Below are positions 1 to 7,871 of a stretch of 32,000 bases of DNA, piece by piece (the stretch's first letter is position 1; every line of letters starts with the position of its first letter). A program made the position numbers and the translations under genes. Origin of the DNA: Desulfoscipio sp. XC116 (GTDB taxonomy: Bacteria > Bacillota > Desulfotomaculia > Desulfotomaculales > Desulfallaceae); contig NZ_CP156660.1 of NCBI RefSeq assembly GCF_039851975.1, positions 1,647,035 through 1,679,034 of the forward strand. Reading direction: 5' to 3'. The notes under the pieces are model-generated. The model had not been told where the DNA came from. It saw only the letters and a program-made list of their open reading frames with translations, and did not search any database.

Positions 1-92
1 TCAATGAATGCAAAGCAATAAATATGTAATTATTATTTATTTTTTTTGCCCTGAATTGTTTTAAGTGAAATTTTAAATTTTTTAGAATAAAA

Positions 93-117
93 AAAGACCC
101 TCAATGAAAGGGTCTTT
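93..117 (-). terminator. Rho-independent terminator downstream of metF
   Basis: 9-bp inverted repeat AAAGACCCT/AGGGTCTTT with 7-nt loop; minus-strand continuation is T-rich (TTTTTTATTC). Lies just after the metF stop. Confidence 0.85.
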
Positions 118-226
118 GGAGTAGGTACATGGTATTCCTGTAAAAAAGAAGTATTTTGCACCAGGATTAAGATAAAAATGTTATAATATAACATGGAATT
201 GTTAAATGAGAGAACTTTAATTCGTC

Positions 227-1153
227 TTAGTCCACCTTGGGTCTCGGGTAGAGTCCGCATTTTTCCACGATTTCGGGCACTACCTCTTCCCAGGCAATAG
301 CCATAACGTGCACGCCGTGCACACCTTTGACTTTTTCCTTGATGTACTTAATTTGCTCAATGCAGATATCCACGCCTTCGCGTTTGGGATCCTCCGCGTT
401 TTTCAGGCGTTCCACCAGCTCGTCGGGTACAATCATACCGCTGACGTTATTTTGGATATACTTGGCCGCCCGCCAACTCTTCATGGGTGTTACCCCGGCC
501 AGGATGTGCACCCGTTCGTCCAGACCCCGCTCACGCACCATTTCCATGAACCGCTCAAAGCGCTCCATGTCAAAGATGCATTGGGTTTGGATAAACTGGG
601 CGCCGGCATTCACTTTTTTCTCCAGGCGGTCCACCCGGAATTCAAAGGGGTCGGCAAAGGGGTTGGCCACTGCCCCGATAAAGAAGTGGGGTTCATGTTC
701 CTTAATGGCCTCGTCCGAGAAGAACAGTTTTTCATCCCGCATGCGGCGCAGATAATAAATGAGCTGCATGGAGTCAATATCATACACGTTTTTGGAGGTG
801 GGGTGGTTGCCGAACTTTTGGTGGTCGCCGGACAGGCAGAGCACATTGCGCATGCCCAGGCTGTAGGCGCCCAATAAATCAGACTGCATGGCAATCCGGT
901 TGCGGTCCCGGCAGGTCATCTGCACAATAGGCTCAATGCCGCAGCCCAGCACATGCACACCGGCCGCTATGCTGGACAGCCGCACAATAGCCGTTTGGTT
1001 ATCGGTAATATTGGTGGCGTCCACGTAATCGCGCATCATTTCAGCGTGATGACGAATGCCCTCGGCGGAAGAATGCTTGGGCGGCCCGATTTCCGCAGTT
1101 ACCGCGAATTGACCGCTGTCGAGTATTTGCTGAAGTTTGCTTATATTCTTCAA
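227..1153 (-). CDS. metF: Methylenetetrahydrofolate reductase catalytic subunit (MetF-type)
   Basis: 308-aa ORF with MetF-like features (FAVTAEIGPPKH, NITDNQTAIVRLSS, LCLSGDHQ, GAQFIQTQ); adjacent to metV. Confidence 0.93.
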   Translation of the reverse strand: MKNISKLQQILDSGQFAVTAEIGPPKHSSAEGIRHHAEMMRDYVDATNITDNQTAIVRLSSIAAGVHVLGCGIEPIVQMTCRDRNRIAMQSDLLGAYSLGMRNVLCLSGDHQKFGNHPTSKNVYDIDSMQLIYYLRRMRDEKLFFSDEAIKEHEPHFFIGAVANPFADPFEFRVDRLEKKVNAGAQFIQTQCIFDMERFERFMEMVRERGLDERVHILAGVTPMKSWRAAKYIQNNVSGMIVPDELVERLKNAEDPKREGVDICIEQIKYIKEKVKGVHGVHVMAIAWEEVVPEIVEKCGLYPRPKVD

Positions 1154-1821
1154 TCGATCATCACATCCTCCCTGATGGCCTTACGCGGCCCGCCGTCCCG
1201 TGATTTGGACCAGTCTTTGGGCGGCTGGAATTCCATTAGTTTGTCAAGCTTGCCCAGCGCCTTCATGCGGTCATAAATCAGCTGCCAGGCACAGTCCACG
1301 TCCTTGCTCACTTCGCACTTACCGTACTGTGAGCCGCCGCAGGGGCCGTTTAAAATACTCTTGGAGCAGCGAATGATGGGGCAGATACCGCCGGTGCGGT
1401 GCAAGATGCAGTCGCCGCAGAGCCCGCACTTTTCCTCCCAGCTGCCGTGCACAGTGGAGCCGCCGATGAACTTGGTATCCAGGGCGGGTACTACCCACTT
1501 ATCCTTAAACCGCTCGGCCAGATATTGTACGCCTACGCCGCAGGCCAGTGACACGATGGCATCCACATCTTTGACCAGATTATCCAGCGGTACGATGTAC
1601 TCGGGGTCGCACTGCCTGGTACAGGTATAAGTGATTGCCTCCAAGGGATTGTTCTCCAGGTTGCGCTTAATGCGCATGGCTGAGGCCAGCACCTCGGTTT
1701 CCTTTTCGCCGCCGGCCAGGCAAACCGTCACGCAGCCGGCGCAGCCCACGAACAACACTTTTTTGCAGTCGTCAATCATTTGGGCAATGTCTTCAACAGG
1801 TTTTTGTTGCGCTACTATCAT
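1150..1821 (-). CDS. metV: Methylenetetrahydrofolate reductase C-terminal/zinc-binding partner (MetV)
   Basis: 223-aa ORF, Cys-rich (CGLCGDCILHRTGGICPIIRCSKSILNGPCGGSQYGKCEV), overlapping metF start by 4 nt as in acetogen metVF pairs. Confidence 0.9.
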   Translation of the reverse strand: MIVAQQKPVEDIAQMIDDCKKVLFVGCAGCVTVCLAGGEKETEVLASAMRIKRNLENNPLEAITYTCTRQCDPEYIVPLDNLVKDVDAIVSLACGVGVQYLAERFKDKWVVPALDTKFIGGSTVHGSWEEKCGLCGDCILHRTGGICPIIRCSKSILNGPCGGSQYGKCEVSKDVDCAWQLIYDRMKALGKLDKLMEFQPPKDWSKSRDGGPRKAIREDVMID

Positions 1822-2270
1822 GCTGTTTGGCCACCTTCTTTCTGTGCGTTCCCGGCCCTGTTTCTGTTCAGGGGGCTGGGGCCGAGCTGGCGGATGCGCT
1901 CCGTCATCTCATTAGCAATTTGGGCAAAACGGCCCCCATCTGAAGCGGGCAGGTTATAGAACTCCAGTCGCTCGCTGCCAAAGCCGATTTCATCCAGTAT
2001 TTTTTTGACCGCCTGCACCCGCTTTTTAGCGCGGATGTTGCCTTTTAAAAAGTGGCAGTCGCCTTCCATACAGCCGGCCACATACACACCATCGGCACCG
2101 TCCTCAAATGCTTCTAAAAGTACACGGTGTTCAATGGTGCCAGAACAGGGCATTTCGATTACCCTGATGTAGGGTGAATACTGTAACCGCATCGAACCTG
2201 CCAGGTCCGCAGCCGTGTATGCTCAGTAGTGACAGCAAAAGGCTACAATTTTGGGCTCAAATTCAGCCAC
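1818..2270 (-). CDS. mvhD: MvhD/FlpD-like hydrogenase/Hdr iron-sulfur subunit, predicted selenoprotein (UGA at 2223-2225 read as Sec)
   Basis: The ORF track starts at 2192, but the frame continues upstream across one TGA to a GTG start at 2268-2270 with a strong GGGAGGTG ribosome binding site: (M)AEFEPKIVAFCCHY-U-AYTAADLAGSMRLQYSPYIRVIEMPCSG... N-terminus matches the paralogue at 7858 ([24 protein letters not shown]). A stem-loop follows the UGA. Confidence 0.88.
2194..2208 (-). promoter_or_regulatory. Candidate bacterial SECIS stem-loop for mvhD copy 1
   Basis: Minus-strand GGACCU-GGC-AGGUUC, a 6-bp stem (one G-U) with loop beginning 21 nt after the UGA and G residues at loop positions 1-2. 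Confidence 0.65.
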
Positions 2271-2271
2271 T

Positions 2272-3135
2272 CTAACGCACCTCCCTTAATAAACCATTCA
2301 TCATATTTATATACATGCGGTTGCTGTGGCCCTGCAGCGTAATGCTCTGTTGGGGGCATCCGCCGGCACAGGCACCGCATTCCTGACATAGTACGGACTC
2401 AATTTCAGCGGCGCGTAGTTTTTAACGCGGGGTACGTTAAACGGACACAACCGTACGCAGGTAAGGCAAACTGCACACCTGCCGGCATCCACGTTGGCTG
2501 CAATACCCTGAGATTCCGGGTGATCCTTGCTTAATATAGTGGCGGTCCGTCCCGCGGCGGCCTTGGCTTGGGCAATATTTTCATCCACATTCCTGGGACC
2601 GTGGGCGGTACCGGCCATATAAATGCCTGCGGAGGCAAAATCTGCGGGGCGTGGTTCCACATGTTGCTTTCAGGAAGAATCCATCTGCGTTCAAGGGGAT
2701 CTTGAACAGCCGGTTCAGTTTGATATTGTCCTCAGACGGTAGTATGTCTGCGGCCAGTCCCACTATATCGGCCCAGTACGATCGGTCACTGTAACGTTTA
2801 CAACACTGCCGTTCTTTTTCACCGGTGGTTTGTCGTCGGTATTGTAGCGAATGAATACAACGCCCATATTGCGGGCCTGTTCATATGCTTCTTTCAATTC
2901 AAAATGGGTCAAATAACAATATATTTTTCAATATTCAAGTATCCTCAACATTCCATCAATTTAGGAGAAAGAATGCACATGGAGCAATCATTGGCGGAAA
3001 ACGTCTTTATCCAGCCCGGGCATAGTACGCCAATAGCCGGTGATTACTCCATAAGATGTACATAATAGCCGGAGTTCGCAAGGCCAAGTGATGCCTGAAT
3101 GCCGGTTACACCTGCGCCTGCTGCTATTACCGGTT
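2272..3135 (-). pseudogene. hdrA: Decayed hdrA with large internal deletion, in-frame stops and frameshifts
   Basis: N-terminal remnant ([54 protein letters not shown]) is followed after a few tens of nt by a C-terminal remnant (AYEQARNMGVVFIRYNTDDKPPV...; GLAADILPSEDNIKLNRLFKIPLNADGFFL; [33 protein letters not shown]; AAEIESVLCQECGACAGGCPQQSITLQGHSNRMYINMMNGLLREVR*). All pieces match the intact HdrA at 7872-12293 or the canonical HdrA C-terminus. Confidence 0.9.
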
Positions 3136-3251
3136 CTCACTTTAGCTTATTCATGCACCTTGCCCGTCCTCTCGGTCTAGAGTTTCTCCGGGCAAGGTAC
3201 ATCTAACAGCAAAATGGAATAGTAACTTTTGGCCGGTTTTACCGGGTCTGT

Positions 3252-4493
3252 CTATTCTTTTTCCGGCATTATCAAGGCTCTTTCCATCAGGGAGCACATG
3301 TGCATGTTTGCAGACTTGGCTTTTTCCGGATACCATTTGTTTAAATCGTTAAATTGGTCCATGCAGTTGTGACAGGGTACAATTACAATCTTGGCGTCGG
3401 TGGCTACCACCTGGTCTACTTTGCGCTTACCTTTGGCTTTGCGGATTTCGTTATACTCGGGCATGGCCATGGCGCCGCCGCCTCCACCGCAACAATAATT
3501 CATGTTACCATTGGGGTTCATGTCTACAAAATTCTTTATAAAACTTCTGATTAATTCACGCGGTGCTTCATATACGCCTTCTTTGCGGGCAGTGTTGCAC
3601 GGATCGTGATAAGTAACTACCTCGGTAATGGCATTGGGGTCAAGCTTAAGTTTGCCTTCCTTAACCAACTCGTTGAGCAGTTCCAGGATGTGGCGAATGG
3701 GATATTGCCTGCCGTTCCAGTAAGTTCTGTAGCCCCAGCGCATGGATCGGAAAGCGTGACCGCATTCGGTGACAATTAACTCTTCACATTCCAGGTCGGC
3801 AACTTCCTGCCACAGAGGCATGGAAATAGCCAGGAAGTCATCTGTTTGGCCGGTGAACAGAGCTATATTGGTGGCGTCCCAGCGCTTGGTGCTGATAGTG
3901 TAGTCAATGCCTGCCACGTAAAACAGCTTTAAAGTAGCCTGCAGTTCATTGGGGTAATACTTAATGTCCCGGGCGTTAAAGCCGTAAAAATACTTGGCGC
4001 CTTTTTTATTGAGCGGAATTTTATAATTGGGATCTCCAAGCTCTTCCTGCAGCTCTTCTTCAATCCACTCCAAAGTTTCCTCGTAATCTTCTTGGCCAAC
4101 ATTCATTTGATTGCCGGATTCAATATGTTCATTAGCAATTGTTTGCAGGTAACCGGGAATCTTGTCTTTATCCCAGGTGCCGCGCAGTGCCCGCACCAAG
4201 GCCGCTATATTCACATTCATAGGGCACTCGATGGTGCACCGTTCACACATGGTGCAGTACCATATATAGGGATCTGCATATACTTCATCTTTCATACCCA
4301 GCAATACCTTGCGTAAAAATTTACGCGGGTCCTGATTCTCATGAATATCAGAATATGGGCAGCCTGCTGTGCACATTCCGCATGATAAACAATTGCTAAA
4401 GTCATAACCGTTAAGCAGTTCGGCAACTTCATCCCTAAACTTGGGGTTAAAATCGGCAGCTTGGATAGCTTCCATTTTGGGTCCTCCCCTCAT
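3252..4493 (-). CDS. HdrD-like (fused HdrC-HdrB type) 4Fe-4S/CCG-domain oxidoreductase subunit
   Basis: 413-aa ORF: N-terminal CLSCGMCTAGCPYSD and CTMCERCTIECPM dicluster, C-terminal CCG-type motifs (YHDPCNTARKEG, NYCCGGGGG, PCHNCMDQF). The actual start may be the internal Met (MEAIQAAD). Confidence 0.85.
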   Translation of the reverse strand: MRGGPKMEAIQAADFNPKFRDEVAELLNGYDFSNCLSCGMCTAGCPYSDIHENQDPRKFLRKVLLGMKDEVYADPYIWYCTMCERCTIECPMNVNIAALVRALRGTWDKDKIPGYLQTIANEHIESGNQMNVGQEDYEETLEWIEEELQEELGDPNYKIPLNKKGAKYFYGFNARDIKYYPNELQATLKLFYVAGIDYTISTKRWDATNIALFTGQTDDFLAISMPLWQEVADLECEELIVTECGHAFRSMRWGYRTYWNGRQYPIRHILELLNELVKEGKLKLDPNAITEVVTYHDPCNTARKEGVYEAPRELIRSFIKNFVDMNPNGNMNYCCGGGGGAMAMPEYNEIRKAKGKRKVDQVVATDAKIVIVPCHNCMDQFNDLNKWYPEKAKSANMHMCSLMERALIMPEKE

Positions 4494-4529
4494 TGTCTTG
4501 GCATAAAAATAATTTAAGATTTAATCTGT

Positions 4530-4566
4530 TATAGCGCCCCTTTAATAACAGAAAAGAGGCGCTATA
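4530..4566. other. Intergenic inverted repeat between the flxA-like and hdrD-like genes
   Basis: TATAGCGCC/GGCGCTATA 9-bp perfect arms with 19-nt loop; T-run on the plus-strand side only. Confidence 0.6.
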
Positions 4567-4595
4567 TTTTCTACTTATCTATATTTTAATATATT

Positions 4596-5435
4596 TTAGT
4601 ATTCGTTCGGCAGTTCGTTAAGCTGGGCTCTGGTAAATACCGGACCGTCTTTACAGACGTATTTGCCTCCTACGTTACATCTGCCGCACATGCCGATACC
4701 GCATTTCATGCGGTTTTCCAGAGACATAATAATTCTCTCAACTGGAAAACCGAGTTTTTCCAATACCGGCATGGTGAATTTAATCATCACCGGCGGTCCG
4801 CAAATGATGGCGTAGGTGTTTTCGGCACTGGGTGCTACCTCTCCGGTAACGTTGGGGATAAAACCAACCCGGCCGTCCCAGCCATCCACCGCACGGTCAA
4901 TAGTTGTGACTAAGTTAATGTCCGGGCTTTTCTCCCAGGCGGCCAGTTCTTCTTTATATAGCAGCAGACCGGGGTTTCTGGCGCCGTAAATAACTGTGAT
5001 GTCGCCGTAATCGCCGCGGCGGTCAGGGTGCAACATATAAGTAGCCAGAGATCGTAAAGTAGTAAACGCGAATCCACCGCCAATGATCACCACGTTTTTA
5101 CCCTTAAACTCCTCCACTGGATAATAATTGCCCAGCGGTCCGCGCACACCGACCATAGTTCCCTCTTCTATTAAGTGCAGAGCGGTGGATACTACACCTA
5201 CTTTGGCCACCGAGAATTTAAGAAACCCGGGCTCAGTGGGCGAAGAAGCAATTCCGAAAGGGGCTTCGCCCTTGCCAAATACGCACAACTCGGCAAATTG
5301 CCCCGGCATATATGGAAAACTTTTTTCGTCTTCCTCAGTTAAAAACTGTAGGGTAAAGGTGTGGATCAACTTATCCTCTGTTTCAGTAAAGTTCTTAACC
5401 AGTTTCATTGGCAGCGGCAGATATGGATTTTTCAT
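4596..5435 (-). CDS. flxA: FAD/NAD(P)-binding oxidoreductase, FlxA/AsrB-like
   Basis: 279-aa ORF with ferredoxin-NADP reductase-like fold signatures (MPGQFAELCVFG, VRGPLGNYYP, VVIIGGGFAFTTLRSL, YGARNPGLLLYKEEL) and a C-terminal 2Fe-2S-type cysteine motif (CGIGMCGRCNVGGKYVCKDGPV). Confidence 0.82.
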   Translation of the reverse strand: MKNPYLPLPMKLVKNFTETEDKLIHTFTLQFLTEEDEKSFPYMPGQFAELCVFGKGEAPFGIASSPTEPGFLKFSVAKVGVVSTALHLIEEGTMVGVRGPLGNYYPVEEFKGKNVVIIGGGFAFTTLRSLATYMLHPDRRGDYGDITVIYGARNPGLLLYKEELAAWEKSPDINLVTTIDRAVDGWDGRVGFIPNVTGEVAPSAENTYAIICGPPVMIKFTMPVLEKLGFPVERIIMSLENRMKCGIGMCGRCNVGGKYVCKDGPVFTRAQLNELPNEY

Positions 5436-6463
5436 TAACTATCCAACCTCGCTTCCGAACCCCGAATATTTTCCAGTATCACCCGGATGTCCATATTGAC
5501 GGGGCAGTTTTTAATGCACCTGCCGCAACCTACGCAGGCAATTTCGTTAAAGTTATCAACAAAATATTTAAACTTATGCATAATTCTGTTGCGGTAGCGT
5601 TCTTTATTGCTGGTACGCGGGTTGTGACCGGAGCCGTGCAAAGTGAATAGCGGGAATGCGCAGGAATCCCAGTTGCGCACCCGGCAGCCATTGCAATCCA
5701 CGGCGTCGTCAACTATGTCAAAGCAGTGGCAGGTGGGGCACAGATATGTGCATGCACCGCAGCCCAAACATTTTTCATGGATTTTATCCCAAATAGGATC
5801 ATAAAAGTTAACGTCCAGCTTGTCTTTCAGACCTTCTGTATTTACCTGGCAAGTGACTGTTGCTTCTTCCTTAGCCTTAGCTGCAGCGGCCTTATCAGCA
5901 TCCGAGGCGGCGGCAAAACCGGCTTTTTCAGCCAGAGCCTTACCCTTGTCCGATACCACTTCCACTACGTAAGCATCACCGGCATCCACCAGCAATAAGT
6001 CAAGGCCTTTGGTATCAAACGGACCGCCGTTCACTGAAGTGCAAAAACAAGTGCTGGCGGGATCGTTACAGCCGATACCTATCATAACGGTGTTGGCGCG
6101 CCTGGTCACATAGTAAGGATCCTGGTACTTATCGTTGTCAAATACATTGTCCAGCAACGTGAAGCTTCTGGCATCGCAAGGACGTACGCCAAAAATTACT
6201 TTTTTCTGGTCATCAATGGTTGCTTCCAGCTTGGCACTTTCCCCGGTAGTTTCGTAGCTAAACAATTTTTCAGACTGCGGGAAAAATACTTCTTTGGCTG
6301 AAAGCTTGGTATTGCCAGCAGTGAGTACAGCGTCAGCACCGGAACAAATTTGTTTAAATAAGGTGTAAGAGCCTTCTTGCACAGGGGCAAAAACCTGATA
6401 TTCGCTAATTAATTTATCCAGAAATCCGGGTATGTCTTTTTTGCTTACTATCATCAGTTTCAC
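5435..6463 (-). CDS. flxB: 4Fe-4S dicluster protein, FlxB/AsrA-like
   Basis: 342-aa ORF with CLGCGACTYLCPTCHC and CVGCGRCIKNCPVNMD; overlaps flxA start by 1 nt. Confidence 0.8.
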   Translation of the reverse strand: MKLMIVSKKDIPGFLDKLISEYQVFAPVQEGSYTLFKQICSGADAVLTAGNTKLSAKEVFFPQSEKLFSYETTGESAKLEATIDDQKKVIFGVRPCDARSFTLLDNVFDNDKYQDPYYVTRRANTVMIGIGCNDPASTCFCTSVNGGPFDTKGLDLLLVDAGDAYVVEVVSDKGKALAEKAGFAAASDADKAAAAKAKEEATVTCQVNTEGLKDKLDVNFYDPIWDKIHEKCLGCGACTYLCPTCHCFDIVDDAVDCNGCRVRNWDSCAFPLFTLHGSGHNPRTSNKERYRNRIMHKFKYFVDNFNEIACVGCGRCIKNCPVNMDIRVILENIRGSEARLDS

Positions 6464-6464
6464 C

Positions 6465-7430
6465 TCATTCCTTCACCAAGAAAGGTTCTGGGTCGTCGGC
6501 TGTGAATGTGGCAAGGGCAGCCTTGTCCTCTATATTAACCCCGGCCTCGGCGCTAAACAGATCTTTAACGTCTTTAACCAGTTTACGGGTTAGCAGGCGC
6601 AGATTGATGCCCATTGGACATGCCCTTTCACAAGCTCCGCAGTCGACGCAGCGTCCGGCACTATGGAACACCCTGACAACCTGGAAGAGAATATTGTCCT
6701 CTGCATTTAAAGCACTCTTGCCAATCCATTCCGGCTGGGTGCAGTCTACAAAGCACTCTTCGCAATAGCACATGGGGCAAGCGTTCCGGCAGGCGTAGCA
6801 CCTGATGCACTTGCTGAATTCACTATTCATAAATGCGCGGCGCTCCGCTGTTGTCTTGGCCTCAAATTCCTCAATTTCCGCAAAATCAGCTGCTTCCTTT
6901 TCAGGGAGCAATTCGCCGACTAATTCATCGTACACCACGGGGTTGCCGTAGCGGCAATCTTTGCAGGAATTGTGCAGCAGATCGGCAATCGGGGCTGTCT
7001 CAGTAAAGTTTTTACCCTTCAGAATTATTGTATCCCCGTTCTCCTCAGCTTCCAAAAGCTCTTGGCCGCCCAGCAGTGCATTTACTTTTTTGCGATCAAT
7101 CATACCGCTGCAAGGCACACCAATAATATAAAGATTGTCGCGGTTAATCTGGTTCTCTTTAATCAGAGCCACAATTGACCGCACATCACAGCCCTTGGCC
7201 ACAACGGCTACTTTACCTTCCTTTTTGCGCAGGTAATTGGCCAGATTATTTTCACAGTCCAAATTCCAGGTGAGTTTTCCCGCTTCTTCGGGAGTCCTGG
7301 CGAAAAACGGCGTGCCGCGTAGCGGTAGACTGCCTTCGGTAAAGCCGACGACCAGGTCAACCTTTTGTTCAGCCAGTAACTTTTTAGCTGCGTCTTTTAT
7401 TTGATCTGCTAGCTTTTGCATCCGCAACAC
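6465..7430 (-). CDS. flxC: FlxC-like (F420-hydrogenase beta-subunit-like) iron-sulfur protein
   Basis: 321-aa ORF; AVVAKGCDVRSIVALIKE, IIGVPCSGMID, C-terminal CIRCYACRNACPMCYCEECF and CVDCGACERACPMG; position between flxB- and flxD-like genes. The Met at MQKLADQ is an alternative start. Confidence 0.78.
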   Translation of the reverse strand: MLRMQKLADQIKDAAKKLLAEQKVDLVVGFTEGSLPLRGTPFFARTPEEAGKLTWNLDCENNLANYLRKKEGKVAVVAKGCDVRSIVALIKENQINRDNLYIIGVPCSGMIDRKKVNALLGGQELLEAEENGDTIILKGKNFTETAPIADLLHNSCKDCRYGNPVVYDELVGELLPEKEAADFAEIEEFEAKTTAERRAFMNSEFSKCIRCYACRNACPMCYCEECFVDCTQPEWIGKSALNAEDNILFQVVRVFHSAGRCVDCGACERACPMGINLRLLTRKLVKDVKDLFSAEAGVNIEDKAALATFTADDPEPFLVKE

Positions 7431-7858
7431 CCCGATTCGCTATCGATTAGGCCCTTATTGGGGCCGATTTGTTTCGTCTTTTCTGTAACATTTTTAACAA
7501 TTTCAGCAAAACGACCACCTTCGGCCGCGGATACCCAGGAGAAATTAACCCGACCTTCATCATAACCGGCATATTCAAGTAAGCCTTTTAATAAGGCAAA
7601 TTTCCTGCGGGCTACCATGTTGCCACTAACATAGTGGCAGTCACCGGGGTGTCACCCGGAGGTTAACACGGCGTCCGCACCGTGCCGGAGTGCCTTAATA
7701 ATAAATAAGGGGTTTATCCTTCCGGAACAGGGTATGCGTATCACCCGGATATTGGGCGGGTACTGGATACGACCTATACCGGCCAGGTCTGCACCGGCAT
7801 AACTACACCAGTTGCATAAAAATGCCACAATTTTAGGTTCATATTCCATGATATCCAT
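7409..7858 (-). CDS. flxD: FlxD/MvhD-like iron-sulfur subunit, predicted selenoprotein (UGA at 7652-7654 read as Sec)
   Basis: Two ORF-track entries (7652-7858 and 7409-7618) are the same frame separated by one TGA and 11 sense codons: ...[42 protein letters not shown]... giving 149 aa, full MvhD length, with the conserved SG(C)HPGDCHY motif intact apart from the UGA. Confidence 0.93.
7621..7639 (-). promoter_or_regulatory. Candidate bacterial SECIS stem-loop for flxD
   Basis: Minus-strand UGCCACUA-UGU-UAGUGGCA, perfect 8-bp stem, 3-nt loop beginning 21 nt after the UGA, G at loop position 2. Confidence 0.78.
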
Positions 7859-7871
7859 TTCCCTCCCCCAT

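Noticed and set aside
33-260. 75-aa ORF at the left edge
   Set aside because: It overlaps the metF terminator and the metF 3' end, is AT-rich and has no protein-like conservation signals.
308-1630. Plus-strand and alternative-frame ORFs inside metF/metV
   Set aside because: Shadow ORFs opposite strong conserved minus-strand genes; no recognisable protein features. The same applies to shadow ORFs inside hdrA, acsA-E and hemL.
2223-2225. Interpreting the mvhD TGA simply as a pseudogene stop like those in the adjacent hdrA
   Set aside because: Unlike pseudo-hdrA, the frame is intact on both sides, the TGA falls exactly on a conserved Cys, a hairpin follows at SECIS distance, and a second paralogue shows the same behaviour. 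Not formally excluded until selABCD are confirmed.
2307-2763. ORFs 2307..2660 and 2581..2763 as independent genes
   Set aside because: Both are fragments of one degenerate hdrA in different frames, not separate proteins.
3151-3336. ORFs 3151..3336 (minus) and 3354..3554 (plus)
   Set aside because: Low-complexity or shadow frames around the end of the HdrD-like gene and the start of pseudo-hdrA; no supporting similarity.
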